A stretch of 64,000 nucleotides of DNA from the human T2T-CHM13v2.0 reference genome, Homo sapiens (GCF_009914755.1 NC_060936.1); one strand, 5' to 3'. Shown: positions 34,763 to 49,912, counted from the stretch's first letter. Numbers and translations are program-made. Notes: generated from the sequence alone by a model not told the origin.

Positions 34763-35074
34763 TTTTTCTTTCTTTTTTCTTTTTTATTTTTTTGAGACAG
34801 AGTCTCGTCTCGCTCTGTTGCCCAGGCTGGAGTGCAGTGGCACGATCACTGCAAGCTCCGCCTCCTGGGTTCACACCATTCTCCTGCCTCAGCCTCCCGA
34901 GTAGCTGGGACTACAGGCACTCGCCACCACACCTGCCTAATTTTTTTTGCATTTTTAGTAGAGACGGGGTTTCACTGTGTTAGCCAGGATGGTCTCGATC
35001 TCCTGACCTCGTGATCTGCCCGCCGCAGCCTCCCAAAGTGCTGGGATTACAGGCATGAGCCACCATGCCCGGCC
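34763..35074 (-). mobile_element. AluY
   Basis: ctgcaagctccgcc, ttcacaccattc and gttagccaggatggtctcgatc diagnostics. Confidence 0.88.
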
Positions 35075-35249
35075 TATAGATTTGTTTTTCATGAGTGTTG
35101 TTTACCGTGTTTTTAGCTGGAATACATGATTGACGATACTTGTTTTCTGTAGTTTATAACTTATTGAATGCCTTCTTAGTATTGCTAATCACTTGTCCAC
35201 TTTGGCCTAATATTTAGGCTTTGTTTTTGTTGGGGTTGTACAGTTTTAA

Positions 35250-35615
<366 letters not shown>

Positions 35616-35815
35616 GGAAAGTTTTATTCTTTATGCTTACAGCTATATCGTTTCTCCTGGTGATTTATATGGCCATGTTAGTTATTTATTTTCTTCTTAA
35701 TTGACTTGTCTTTAGTTATACTTCTACATTGTTTTTAAAGGAGGAATTAAGCCATTTTGTTAAACCCATCATTCATTTATGCTGTAAAATGTAACTTGAA
35801 ACGGGACAAACTTAA

Positions 35816-36184
<369 letters not shown>

Positions 36185-36457
36185 TAATGTCTGAAAAGCA
36201 GAAGCCATATAGAAACTACCATTTTCACAAGTGAGATGAATAGTGGCAAAAAGATTATATTTTAAAATGAGTGCTATTTGGAAGCCATTTGACTCACATC
36301 TTAAAAATGGGCGGGTTACTTATTTCAGTTTCTGTATTTATGATTTCCACTAGAGCTTTTAAAAATAATAATAAGAGGCATAAAAATGCATATATTTTTG
36401 GTATTTTGCCATAATAAGTATTTTTGGTTTTTATTTCAAATTTTTAAATTTACTTAG

Positions 36458-36562
<105 letters not shown>

Positions 36563-38680
36563 TGAGTGGTTTAAATTTGGAAAGACCAATAAATGTCTTT
36601 AGTAATAGACAGTAATGCACCATTTTATCTGGTCAGACATCTAGCTTCTTTGTCCTTTTGGAAAATAACACAGACCTAGCATTAAGTCTTTTAAAAAAAG
36701 TAAAGCCTGTATAGATCTTGTGTGAAATTGAAAAGGAATTTATGTAGTTTATGCATTTCACACTTGGTAACCCTTTAAAACCTTGTTCAGGATCATCTGC
36801 TTTTAATTTAAATACACTTTTCACAAGTTTGGTTTTTCTTTCATGGCTCAAACTATTAGATTTGAAGGAACAAATAGAGGAGGACAGCTAAATGTTGCTG
36901 AAGGCAGAGCTGCTGATGACTAGATGTTGACTGAATGAGATGGGACAGATGATTAAAGAACTGTAAAATCATAGGGGCTATTTAGTTGTAGTAAATAGCA
37001 TCCTGCCTTCTTTCATAGTCAGGCCCTGGAGACTCAGGCAATATAGCCATAATAACTGATAGTGATTTCAATGAACTTCAGTCATTAAGGAAAGGATTCT
37101 GTCCATTGTATTCTATGTAGGATGGTGGAAAGGAATCTATACTTTTTAAGGCGTAAGAGCATTGTTCAGTGTTTCATATTTAATGTCCCCATGATATATT
37201 TCTCTCAGATTTGAAATTTAGGAATAATCATCTTCTCTGAGAAACAGATGTTTCCCTTTTTCTGTCATGGATATTATATAGCATACATTTCTCATTGCTT
37301 GGAAGATCAAAACTAGATACAGCGACTAGTTAACCCTTATAATTTTCATGTTTACTAGTCTCCTTTTTGTCTTACTCGTGCTTCATGAAGTTTTCATAAA
37401 TCAAGATATAAAGCTCTTCATAAAACAAGATGTTTTTATTAATCTTATTTTATGTTAATTTTTAAAATACACCTTTTTTCTTTATATAGAGTAGAGGTGA
37501 CTCATTGGGTAGACCACTTACGTGAACTACCTTATTTCTTGACATTGTTGCATAAATTAAATATTACTAATATTACTTATTAATTAGGTGCATATCCAGG
37601 CGTTTTTTGAATCTAGACTAAATAAACATGCTTGAAAAAATTGTTTCAGCTTATTAATCTGGAAGACACTCAATATTAAATGAAAATTTATACATACTAC
37701 ATTTGTGTTCATTTTCAAGGATAAATTAGCAAAGCCATTTGGAAGAATTTGAATCAATATAATCTAAATTATGAAGAAACTCAGTTATTGCCTCAGTTCT
37801 GCTCATGTGTTTCATGATGCCAGAACCTTTTCCCCAGCCCAGGTGACTGGGAAAACTCTGCGGGGCGATTGGACATTTGCTTTCAGGCTAAAGCATTAAA
37901 ACAAAACAAACAACCCTTCAGTCTCATGGCAGTGGGATTCCTTGCTTTGGCCTATTCCTCTTAAGGAACTCTCCAGAGTTGCAGTTGTTATGTTATCACT
38001 CACATCACTGTTCTAAGACTATTTCAGCTAAAGATTGCTCAGAGATATAGTCAGTTTCTGAATACATTACTCAAATAGTCTTTGTCTGTTAATGAAATAT
38101 GCACACATGACATTTTGCACAAAAAGCCAGGAATTCATTCTGTCAAAAACAGTGAAAAGCTGCTTCATTTAAAATTATTTTAAGAAATAATATATATTAC
38201 GTATAATTTATTATAATAAGTTATAAATACAAATGGAAAGTTATTCATTCTGGACAGTTTTGATATGTGAGTTTGCAGCCATGTTCCTACCAGGAATGAC
38301 AATGTACTGTAATGGTTCTTTCTTGGCCCAGCTGGAGGAACTGGCGTGAGGGGAGCGGGCCTTTCTTAGACCAGGAATATCAAGATTCCTCAGGACAAAG
38401 GAGCCCATGTGGTTTGAAGCCCCACCCCAATACAGGTTCTGAGCTCCCTCAACTCCACCTTCATTAAAAACCAGTGGAAACAATTGCAGTGTTTAGCCTA
38501 GATTTTTAAAAATTTTAAAGTGTAAACAAGGTATAATTTGTGATGTTAGAGAAACATTTGATGGATGCAACTGTAATTTGAAGTTTGGCAATACAGCTCT
38601 TCTCAAATTTCTTTTACTTCTTAATTTATTGTTTAAAAATGAACATAAATATCCATTATTATTTTCACTCATGCTTTCAG

Positions 38681-38748
38681 AAGAAACTAAAACAAGCAAT
38701 GGAGACCTGTCTGACAGCACTGTGTCTGCTGATCCTGTTGTGAAATGA
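38681..38748 (+). CDS. WASHC4: WASHC4 last coding exon (about 33), (E)ETKTSNGDLSDSTVSADPVVK-stop
   Basis: ttcag| acceptor; TGA at 38746-38748; matches remembered C-terminus. Confidence 0.95.
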
Positions 38749-40950
38749 TACGGATGGTATTCACTGCACATATGATGAAATCATCAGAATTGTTAAAACT
38801 TTTGCCAGTGGAATGGATAAACTATTGATGAATTGTTTCCTGGGTCACATCTCTGGAAAATAGATGTTACAGTTCTTAAAGGCAGTGCTTTAAAGTGAAG
38901 TTCATTCTGTTTCCAAAGGCTCTACTTTCAAAGGTTAAGAATGAGATTTTAAAATTGGATTTTTGCCTGGACTTGAGGGTACAAGATGTTTCTATTTGAA
39001 GTGAAGTTATAAAAGGGCAAATCCAGATTCATAAACTATCACCTCGGATTTCTTGTAATCTACATGTTTGTAATTTGTATTTGCATAGATCTTTGATCTA
39101 TAGTTATTTCAAGTCATGGGAAATTCAATGCATATACTATATACAGCCAGTAAATACATGCTTAACAAAAGGAATGAGCCTGAAGTTCATAAAGAATACA
39201 TATCAATATTCTTATAAAAGGAATATATGAAGATGGCTTTGATACTAGAGGTGAGGCACAAGTGTTTTATGTACTCTCAGTGTACAGTATAACTGATGAT
39301 CCTTCTTTCATTGTTAATTTCATGTGACTCACAAGAGCTGCTGATGTCTTTGATGAGACATTTTATAACTAGTTTACATTGCTTTGAGAACATTTAACCT
39401 CCAACAGCTGCTTTAAATTTAAGATTTACTTAATACTCAGAAAATTCAGATAAAGCCATAGAGTCCTGTTTGAAGCTTCACTTCTATTTTGGTTGAAGGC
39501 ATGATGTATGATGTCAGAAAAAAAATTGAATGAATTATTTCTACATCCAAACTCAGGTTTCTTCTACATTAGATTGAATTGAAATTTTGGTGATGGTTTG
39601 GGTAGACTTTTTTTTTATATCAAGTATAATTTAAAACATCAGATTAAATAATTACACTGTTCAGGCTTTTAAAAAAATACCACTGTGAGAATAAAGCGCT
39701 AGTAAGATACATCACTTACTGATTTTAAAAATACAGAAAGATTTTGAGTAAATTTTGTGCCCAGCAAGCTGTTAGTTTTATTTTTGTAAAGGTATGTAAG
39801 TTATTAAATGGTTAATCATGGCCTTTTAAAAATAAAATAAAGTGATACCTTTACAATGAAGACAAAAGTTTAAAACTTTCTAATACAAACACCATTTTGG
39901 GAAATGCTTGATTTTTTTCTATTGCATTTGTCTGCTAAACATTTCTTTGGATAAATCCTGCAAATACTTCTAACATTATTCTTTGATTCCAGCTTTTAGA
40001 ATGGGTGTACAATGCCCTGTTTGTACTTACTGGTTAGGGTCAGGGTAACTTGCCAGCCCAAGATAAATACTTTAATCGTTAAAAGTCAGAAGAGACAGAA
40101 TATGTAGGAAATGTTTTTTGTTTATTATGTAAACATGGCTTACAGAATTATGAACAGTGGATAGATTAAAGGCATTTAATATTTGTAATTCATAATAACT
40201 GTAGAAATGGCCCTAAAGCATGCTGCATAATTAATAATTTATATTTTCATTATTATAAGTGTTTATATTAATGATCTTGCATTTGATTATATCAAATTCG
40301 TCATTTCATAGCAACAGTATTGTTTTCTCTGTTTTTCTTCTCTAACTTCTCTGAAATCATCTCCTATTAAGGGATAGAAATTGTTACTAGAAGAGAATCA
40401 CATGTTCTGTGTTCATTATCCCTACACATGTAAATTAATTATTTTATCAATACTAGATAGAGTTCACATGCTGACTCCCTGGATACCTACAGTTGAGAAG
40501 AAAATGACAGACAATTATTTTTCCTTTAGGTCAAAATAATGTCACTGCTATCTGGATAAATTATAAGTTCATATATTTGAAATAAGATCCTGGAAACGAA
40601 TTTAAATGGTGTCAAACTGCAGAGCAACAGGGCTTCAGTATATTCACATCTAATAGGTTAATATGTACATTTGGATGATGATTTTTCTTGATAACATTAA
40701 CATTAATTTTATTTTTTCAGACATACTGTAATTTAAAAATTAATGTGAGCGTTTGTTTTAAGTTCACAGAAAACTTAATAATTCAAATTCTCAGGAATTA
40801 AGGACTCACCATAACATTGTCAGTTCTAATGAAATTTTGTAAAAGATGGCAAGTTTGTTACCTCACTTGAGTGGGGTTTTCCTTTTCCCCCAATTCTAAG
40901 AGAATATAATGTGTATACTAAAACATTAATAAACATAATTTTGAAAATTT
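38749..40950 (+). other. WASHC4: WASHC4 3'UTR (about 2.2 kb, end approximate)
   Basis: AT-rich stretch after the stop with no recognisable interspersed repeat, ending after AATAAA at 40928. Confidence 0.7.
40928..40933 (+). terminator. Probable distal poly(A) signal of WASHC4
   Basis: AATAAA with T/GT-rich sequence downstream; more proximal AATAAA at 39690 and 39831/39836. Confidence 0.65.
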
Positions 40951-41314
40951 CCTTCCCCTGGATGTTTATGTTCAAAATTGAATGTCGTAAACCAGTAGTT
41001 CTTAATATTAACCTTTTTGGGGTCCCCCTTAATTGAATGAAATGAAATCTGTGGAATCATTTTTTTATAAAATGCATGCACATAGGTAAAAATTTGAAGT
41101 TTAAAATTGGCTCCTGTCAATGTATTCCAGGTGAAAGAAAGGTGTTTTCTTTCCTTTATACATCCTTGATCTTTCCAGAGCTTTTTTCCAATAAAAAGAA
41201 CCAATATGAAGTTACTTTAAATCCTAATCCTGGAAAGGGATTATCAGTATGCATTGTTTAATGTTAGTAATAACTATAGTGCTATTTGCAAACCTGAGTT
41301 GAACTAAAACAATA

Positions 41315-41968
41315 CAGTAGTCTCCCCTTATCCGTGTTTTACTTTCCAGTTTCAGTTACCTGTGGTCAGCTGTGGTCTGAAAATATTACATGGAAAATTC
41401 CAGAAACAATAAGTTTCAACTTGTGTGTTATTCTGGGTAGCATGATGAAATCTTGTGCTGTCATGCTGCATCCCGCCTGGGACGTAAGTCACCCCTTTGC
41501 CCAGCATCTTCATGCTGTATGTGCTACCTGCCCATGAATCACTTGGTAGCTAGGTTGTCAAATCAATAGTGTTTGTCTTCAAGTAAGCCTTATTTTACTT
41601 AATAATGGCCCCAAAGTGCAAGAGTAGTGACGCTGGCAATTCAGATATGCTATAAGAGAAGCCTTAAAATGCATCCTTTAAGTGAAAACATGAAAGTTCT
41701 CAATAAGGAAAGAAAAGAAATCATATGTGGGGTTGCTAAGATCTGTGGTAAGAATGAATCTTCTCTCCGCAGCATTGGTGACAGTATTTGTTACAGTTAT
41801 GTTTCATCATTAGTTATTGTTAATCTCTTACTGTGCCTAACTTATAAACTTTATCATAGGCATGTATATATAGGAAAAAACAGTATATATACGGTTAGAT
41901 ACTATCTGCAGTTTCAGGCATGCACTGGGCGTTTTGGTGTATCCCTCTCAGATAAGCAGGGACTACAG
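41315..41968. mobile_element. MER44/Tigger7-derived DNA transposon relic
   Basis: TA|CAGTAGTCTCCCCTTATC...GATAAGCAGGGACTACAG|TA terminal inverted repeats with TA TSD. Confidence 0.8.
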
Positions 41969-42924
41969 TAATGACAACAGAGCCTTCAAAATATTACACT
42001 GGAGACGAGGTACAATCCTGTTAAATACTACACTGCAGAAATCATTCTTGGTAAAGTTAAGTCTGGTTGCTGTTCCTTTTTTCTTCTGAGGCAGTAAATT
42101 TGTAAAATTGTGGGAAAGATGAGAAAATATTGGATACTTCATGTTATTATTTTATGCTGAGTCTGCTAAATGTAAAAGGTAGGCTTTAATTGATTTTAAT
42201 AATTGTAACAGGATTTTCTTTCCAGCTTCACATTGCAGATGTTTCAGAAGACGGTATTCGTTTTTTACGGGAAGTTTTAATACCACATTTTTTTTTTAAC
42301 AAAGGCTTTCAGATGTTAGGAATACTTTAATAGGCTGTCAAAGATGTGAAGTTTAAAAAGGGAATCCAGAATAAGTGGAAATCTGTAGAGACTAAGCAAA
42401 GGCAGTGAACTCAAGAGATGGTGATGGCAAAGTTAGAGTTCAGTTTATAACACAGGTCAGCATATATATAATGTATAAGAAAAGTTGGGCAAGTAAGTAT
42501 TTTCTTTTCAGTAGTTTGGCTCCTCTTTACCACTCAGTTTACCTGATACCTCCATTTCCCATTAGTGGAGATATACTCAGGAATGTACATCAAATTTATT
42601 CAGTCGATGCAGATCTGATACCATAATTCTTGGATCATCTCTAAGGACTATAAATACATTCTGTAGGTAAGAGTCAAGCATTCTTTAATAATGCCCTCAT
42701 TTGATGGGGGAAGGAGTTAACTTTTATACCTAGAAGCACTTGTCTTTATCAGATTAGTATTAAAGTATTTACTCTTTTCAGAATCTGTACAAAAGGTAGC
42801 AAAGTATTAAGGATATTATGCTTTAGGTTGATACTGCTATTGAATAAATCGTCAAAGCTTAATGTATTGAGAAATATTTGGAGATTGCTTAGTATCTGGT
42901 TCTCTCTTGAGGTCATCTGTATAT

Positions 42925-43135
42925 AGCACAGAGTGGTTAGAAGCATAGACTCTGGAGCCAGAACAATTTGAATCCCGATTTCCTGCTTAGGAACAGATTC
43001 CTTAATATCTCTGTGCTTCATTTCCTTGTGCAAAAGGTGGGATGATAATGACAGTATGTAGCTCATAGGTTGTTTGAGGATTTAATTTGCGTAAAGCACT
43101 TTATATATTAGGAAACAGTAACTAAATATTAGCTG
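42925..43135 (+). mobile_element. MIR
   Basis: gtggttagaagcatagactctggagccaga...tgtaaagcactt-like MIR motifs. Confidence 0.7.
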
Positions 43136-43569
43136 CTCTTGTATATAACTACTGGAAACATTAGCTATTACTGTATTATGTGTACTCTCATAGGTAGGAA
43201 TAAACTTGGCACATAAGCATTAAGTGTTAACTATTCTTTTAGGTGGAACGATTGAAACTAAAGTCTGTATTTGACTTTAAGTGGGTCTCTAAAAAACTAT
43301 TCCTTGTTAAGTGGCTCAGGTAGATGCAGACAAGGTAAGGAAGGCCCTGTTCTTCCCTAAAGGTAGTCTGATGGGTATGTGAGGCTAAACCAGCCTGGGA
43401 AGTGGGAATTGGTAAGAATAGTTGGCTTCTAAAAAGGTCCCATTTCCTCTCTTCCCACCCTTCCCACCTTTCATTTACATGGCACTTGTTATCTTTCAGA
43501 GCACTTTAATGTGTATTAATACACAGTTCAGTAAGTGGAGAAAAGGGGCAAATCACCCACAGTTCTAAG

Positions 43570-44525
43570 TTTTAAAATTATTTAAAAATAGTCAGTGCAT
43601 GCAAGGTATACAATATGTATTATACTATTTAAAGAATGAAAATAAAGCACTTGGAAAGAAGCTACCGTTATCAGTTAAGAACACTTTAGAAGCTCCTGCA
43701 GTTTCTGCCCAAGAAAACCACATGGGGGTTTGGTGTTAATCATTCTCTTGCTGTTCCCTTGTTTTACAACTGATGGTATTTTCCTAAATATTGATAATAT
43801 GGTTATGTTTCAGTTTTCAAACTACATAGAAATGGGATCTTATTATATGTTTTTGTAACTTTTTCATTATTTTAAAAATTCATCCACGTTGATGCATATA
43901 GCTGTAGTTTAGCATTTCATTACATGAATACAGCTATCTTCTGTCGACGACATCTGGGTGTTTTTCACTTTTGGGATATTGTAAACAATGATGCTGTAAT
44001 CATTATTGAACGTGTCCCTGGGTCCATGTGTTTAGAGTTTCTCTAGGCTGTGTACCTGCAGGTAAAACTGCTAGGTAGTACGGCAGGTGCCCTTTCAATG
44101 TACTGGACAGAATGCCAAACTGTTGTTTCATCCCAGCAGCTGAGGAGATTCCCCTTTGCTCCATTTCTACAAACAGCTGAATTTTTGCAGTCTGGTGAAT
44201 ATAATGTTTCTGTGGTTTTAATTTGCATTTTCCTGATTACTATAAGGAGTCTGTTTCTGTTTATGAACACTTTGTCTTTTTTAATGTATGAAATGCCTTC
44301 ATGACTTTTTTTTTCAATTTATCTTTCTACCTGTAGGAGTATTTTATATATTCTGGATGCTAATTTTTTGTTGGTCTTGTGTGCTTGCTAGTATCTTTGG
44401 TTTAGTTGTGTGTTTTCATTCTCTGTGGTGGTTTTTGATGAAGTTAGTTTTAATGGACTGAATTTCAGTCTTTTTATGTTTCCCTAATGATGTGCATGCT
44501 TTGTGTCTTATTTAAGCCATGCAGT
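43570..44525 (-). mobile_element. Old L1M 3' fragment
   Basis: ORF 44043..44270 retains L1 ORF2 C-terminal-like IRKMQIKTT. Confidence 0.65.
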
Positions 44526-45119
44526 CTTTTAAAATGGTGGATTAATAAAATAACTTTTGTAATACAAAATTAGGTTAACATCATAGGATCCATTTGAAAT
44601 GTATAAAGAAATGTATAGTGTTTCACTTTTCAAACTAATAATTGTTTAGGACTTCAGATTCTACCCCTCTCCCAAAAAAGTCTAAGCAAGAAAAAAAAAG
44701 TTCAGGGGACTGTGGTTCTTGCAGTCTGTCAGAGAACCAATTGATCTAAAGCAGTTATGTCATACAAATTTGTAAGGCATTAGTGAACAATGAATTAATT
44801 TTACAGTGCATAATCTCATACTGGCTTAGACTGGCTCACTATGTCTTTTATGGTGTATACATTTCAAATGGATCCTATATTAACCTAATTTTGGATTACA
44901 AAAGTTGTTTTATCCACCATTTTAAAAGCAACACCTTTAAAACTTTTAGCAATGGGATCACATATTCTACTCATGTTGACTGGAAGTATTTTTTGATACT
45001 ATATCCCCTCTTCTGTGATTTCATTATGCCCTAGTTTTTGGGAAATTGAATGTTAAAGCTATAGAGCTGACTTTAGTTTTCTTCCAGGGATGTTCTAGAA
45101 AATAACCACAACAAACGAA

Positions 45120-46134
45120 AGAAACAGAATAATTTTTATTGCTAGGTTAATTTATTACAAAGATAATAATAGTCTGTTGAACTTAGTTACAGTTAAACAC
45201 ACTGTACCGATTCAAAATCATTATACTAGTTTGATAGGGAGGAGGGATGGGGGAGTGGGCTGGGGTTCCAGGAATTGGAAGTATCAGGGTGGAAATAGGA
45301 ACTTTATACCAAGCCCCATGACCAGCTGTGCTTCAAGTGAGTTTTAAAATTAATTGGTCCCTTCCCTGAAGAGGGTCTGGCTCAGAAGAAACAGGAACTG
45401 GTAGAGCTGCACCCTGTCCACAGTGATCCACTACTAAAAATACTCATACCTAGGAGGACCTTAAACTTCTGAATGCTGGTTCAGTAAGGCTCCACTGTAA
45501 AATCAAACATCTTTTGTGGTATTCATTTTTTTATTGCTTGATGTCTGGAACAGTTACCGAAACTAGACCTGTATCGCGCATCTCTACTAGTGCTTGGGCC
45601 TCAAAGCAGTGCTCGTCACCTAACTGCACAAAGAAATGCTATTAGGTCCAATTGTGAGATAAGCTGAATTATAAATACACAATTTTCAGAACGACAGGCA
45701 CTTAAAGCTCATTAAGTAAAATACAAAAATAGATTATATTAATAAGAAATATTTAGTGTTCATCAAATTGTAAATCTAGGCTTTTGCCATTTTTTAAAAA
45801 GGATACTGGAAACTGAAAAGAGATGACATTCATATGAACAATGCATTTTTCAAACTTTTGTTCTGAGCGCTGAACAATCTAAGAAATTTTAGCGCAATCT
45901 AAGAAAAAAGACTTACCACAAAGCACCTAAAATAACATTGTAGATGGGTGGGAACGCTGTCAACCATTTCTTAGTTTCCCTCCCAAGTCTCAGTATCAAG
46001 GCATCAAGATTACATTCCACAAACGATTGTCAGCCTTCGGAAATCAGGTCAGTGTGCCTGTATGTCAGAGACGTTAAAACCCTTAGGAGGTAGCTCTCCT
46101 TCCTGTTTGCTCTTCCCCCACAGGCGCAAGTGAG
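45120..46134 (-). other. APPL2: APPL2 3'UTR (about 1 kb)
   Basis: Lies between stop codon and poly(A) signals; no recognisable repeat. Confidence 0.75.
45135..45156 (-). terminator. APPL2 poly(A) signals (two AATAAA on - strand)
   Basis: tttatt at 45135-45140 and 45151-45156; strong GU/U-rich element just downstream on - strand (TCTGTTTCTTTCGTTTGTTGTGGTT). Confidence 0.8.
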
Positions 46135-46269
46135 TTATGCTTCGGATTCTGCGCCTCTATGTTCATTTGGATTTCCATCATCGTCATCTGGTTGATCGTT
46201 TAACAGTACATATTTTCCATCATTGGTTAGTGGTATGGACAGCATTAATTGAGCCAGTGCTTCTGGATC
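46135..46269 (-). CDS. APPL2: APPL2 last coding exon (about 21), DPEALAQLMLSIPLTNDGKYVLLNDQPDDDDGNPNEHRGAESEA-stop
   Basis: ttcag|GAT acceptor; TAA; ends in SEA, the PDZ-binding-type terminus of APPL proteins. Confidence 0.96.
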   Translation of the reverse strand, partial: DPEALAQLMLSIPLTNDGKYVLLNDQPDDDDGNPNEHRGAESEA

Positions 46270-46559
46270 CTGAAGTTAGGAGAGTTTAAAAGGGAAAAAA
46301 GAAAAGGCTTAAGATGCATTTAAACCCCTTTGGCCTGGCTTTCAATATGTTCTGTAATCTAGTCTTGTTTCTCCTGACTCTTGTGTATATGTGCCTTCCG
46401 CTGAGTCTCCTTGCTTCTCAAACTCAGGCATGTCACTTCTAGAATCTAGACTGTTTTCCTCTGAGCCAAAATATTGTTTACGTAGTCAATTCGTATCATC
46501 TTCCCAAAGATTCCACAGAGGAACTTCCTTCACAGAACTTTTGTCTTCTCTATCTTTAA

Positions 46560-47095
<536 letters not shown>

Positions 47096-47856
47096 GACCA
47101 ATACCATTAAATACTAGCTTACAGTGCTTGCCACTATTTCATGTATGTGGCCTTAGTCCTTGGTCTTTCTGACCTCTCCAAGACTGAACTGCACTAATAT
47201 GGTAGCCACTGGCTACATGTTACTATGTAAATTTGAGTTAAATTTAAAAATCCAGTTCCTCAGTCACACTTGCCATATTCAATCTGCATATTAAATTGTG
47301 CAGATATAAATCATTTCCATTATTGCAGAAAGTTCTGTACATTGCTGAACTAGAAGCCCCCTGGGGGCAGGGACTATATCTGTCTTGTTCAATTACACAA
47401 ACTAGGCTCTCAAAAATTTGCTGAATGAACAAAAGATTAAAAGCTGCTGAAAGACAGGGAGGTCTCAGAATCCTCATTTCTTAAAAGCTCCCAGGTGACG
47501 TCTGTCAATGCTGTGGGGCATGTGATCCTACTCTGAGGAGCAAGGCCTTAGAGCAGCACACGGTGGGTACTTATCTATCATCTTAATCTGAAAGAAAGGA
47601 AATCTAGCCAACTAGTATGCAAGCAAGAAAACAGATAAGCAGGAGCTCCAGCAGTGATAAGAAGTCCTCATGTGTTAACAGTGAACATGGAACTAGCTGA
47701 TCAAAAACCTCTGGTGGTTAGAATACTTTTAAAAGGAAATCCCAAACTTGGCCACACTTTCCAGTGAACATCACTTTTCTTTTTGAAAAGACTCTTGGTA
47801 TGTGTACACAGATGTGTTTTGAGTAGCTACTAAACCAGCGCTAGAATGCATCTTAC

Positions 47857-47904
47857 CTTCTGAACCTCAATAATTTCTTTTCCCAAATTAATAGCATAAC
47901 ATAT
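47857..47904 (-). CDS. APPL2: APPL2 exon about 20, ICYAINLGKEIIEVQK
   Basis: ttgcag| and AAG|gtaaga; 48 nt; in ORF 47830..48108. Confidence 0.95.
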
Positions 47905-48697
47905 CTGCAAAAGACAAGAAAAGTAGTGATTGGCAAAAGTAGAGAAGGATAAAATTTTAGAACAAATGTGATTTGGGAGTACAGTGAGGTCACTGTTCTC
48001 ACTGTTCCCACTTGGGAACACAGGACCTGGCTGCAGGAGACTCATCACATAGGGCCCGGGGCATTTGCGTCCAACTGTCCTGACCTCTGTTGCCAATTTA
48101 TGCCACACAAAAAATATTCCAGGTAAGTGAAACTCAGGTAATTCCAGTGTTAAAAGTTCTTAATAGGAATTTTTCTTCTCTCTCTTAAATGTATTTAGCC
48201 ACGATATGTCCATATACACAGTGGCAAACAGATAATTTACTGAAAGGATTGGTTAATTGTGATAAATTCTAAGTAGCAGATAGAGTCAAAAGTTTTTCAT
48301 ACTAAACCAACAGCTTGTGTGTAACTTTTCTAATATCTTCCTTGGTTTTCTCTCTGAGACTAAATTATTCTCTATTGTAGCTTTTGCCTTAATTTTTTTT
48401 AAAGAACAAATTTGAGGGGAACTGCTTTCAACATTTCCTTATATCCCGACTAAATAATATGTCTTGCCATGAAATTTCTTCCTCATTCACCCTATTCTGG
48501 TTGATAGGTATTTTCCACAGAGAAATTTAAATCGAGTTTTCTTTCAGTGAGGCCTTCTTAGGAGGTATTATCTGAACTCCTGGATGGAGACATGCAGAAT
48601 AATCAACTAAATATCCAAGGAAGTAATGCCAGAAAACTCTTTTAAAATGGACTTGTTTGGACTGGGATATTATGGGATCTTCACATGAAAAAGAGAC

Positions 48698-48838
48698 CTT
48701 TTCGCCTTCTGAGTTGCTTTCAAAAATGTATGTACTCAGAGATTCTTCTCCAGTGGATTCAGGAACACGGATGACAAAACCAACCAGTCTCTTGTTTTCT
48801 TGATGAGCAGCAAATTGTGTGACACTGGTAAGTTCAAA
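48698..48838 (-). CDS. APPL2: APPL2 exon about 19 (PTB domain), FELTSVTQFAAHQENKRLVGFVIR...SEGEK
   Basis: ccag| acceptor and weak AAG|gtctct donor; 141 nt; in phase; missed by the ORF track because it has no start codon. Confidence 0.93.
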
Positions 48839-49047
48839 CTGGGGGGTGGAAAAAAAGGCAACAGATCATACAACTACTAGAATTAAAAACTGACAAGGCT
48901 ACTCTCTGGAAAAGTCATGAGAAAAAGTATCCTATTAGTCCTATTAGTGGCAGATCTTTATTAATAAAGTGCCTAGGCTGTGTTTAAGGTAGATACAAAG
49001 GTGAATTAAGGAGTAATCACTAACATGAACCTGTATGCGGTACTTAC

Positions 49048-49084
49048 ATTGGCCCTTGATACTTGAGTCTGTGGATCTATCAAC
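49048..49084 (-). CDS. APPL2: APPL2 exon about 18, (R)LIDPQTQVSRAN
   Basis: ttcag| and AAT|gtaagt; 37 nt; phases fit. Confidence 0.94.
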
Positions 49085-49571
49085 CTGAAATTTTAAAAGA
49101 TACATTATGTCACAAATGTTGGATAAATTTAATATTCCTAGAAGAGTTTGTAGAAGTCCAGAATAAATACAAATTCCCCGAAATAGAGATAAAGCCTGTT
49201 AGAGGGTGAGGCGAGATAGCTGTGTGTGACCACGTGTCCTGCTTTCTGCCTTTAAGGAACCTGTGTAGCTAAAGCTCAGGGTACCTATAATGGAAGATTA
49301 TATAGCAAGTAGAAGATTTAACTTCACAGGATTCTGCAACTTACCCAAACAGACAGCATTATAATCCTCAACAGATCTGCTATATAATATGGATGGATTA
49401 TATTCTGTACAGCCTCCCTCTCAACAAACATCCATTGGCAACTTTAATGTCCCTGAAGTGCAAGATCAACTTAGTCTAAATTTAACATTATTGAAAAAGA
49501 TGAGGTAGCGGTGACAAAATAGTGAAGGGATTTTGACAAAACTCTTATCAATTTGGGTAAAAGAGGAATAA

Positions 49572-49912
<341 letters not shown>

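Noticed and set aside
37780-38490. Moderately GC-richer unique patches in the last WASHC4 intron, with ORF 38241..38483
   Set aside because: No convincing splice-site pair or recognisable protein or RNA family. An enhancer role cannot be supported from sequence alone.
41627-41971. 114-aa ORF between the two genes
   Set aside because: Lies wholly inside the MER44/Tigger7 relic, starts at GTG and has no splice or promoter support.
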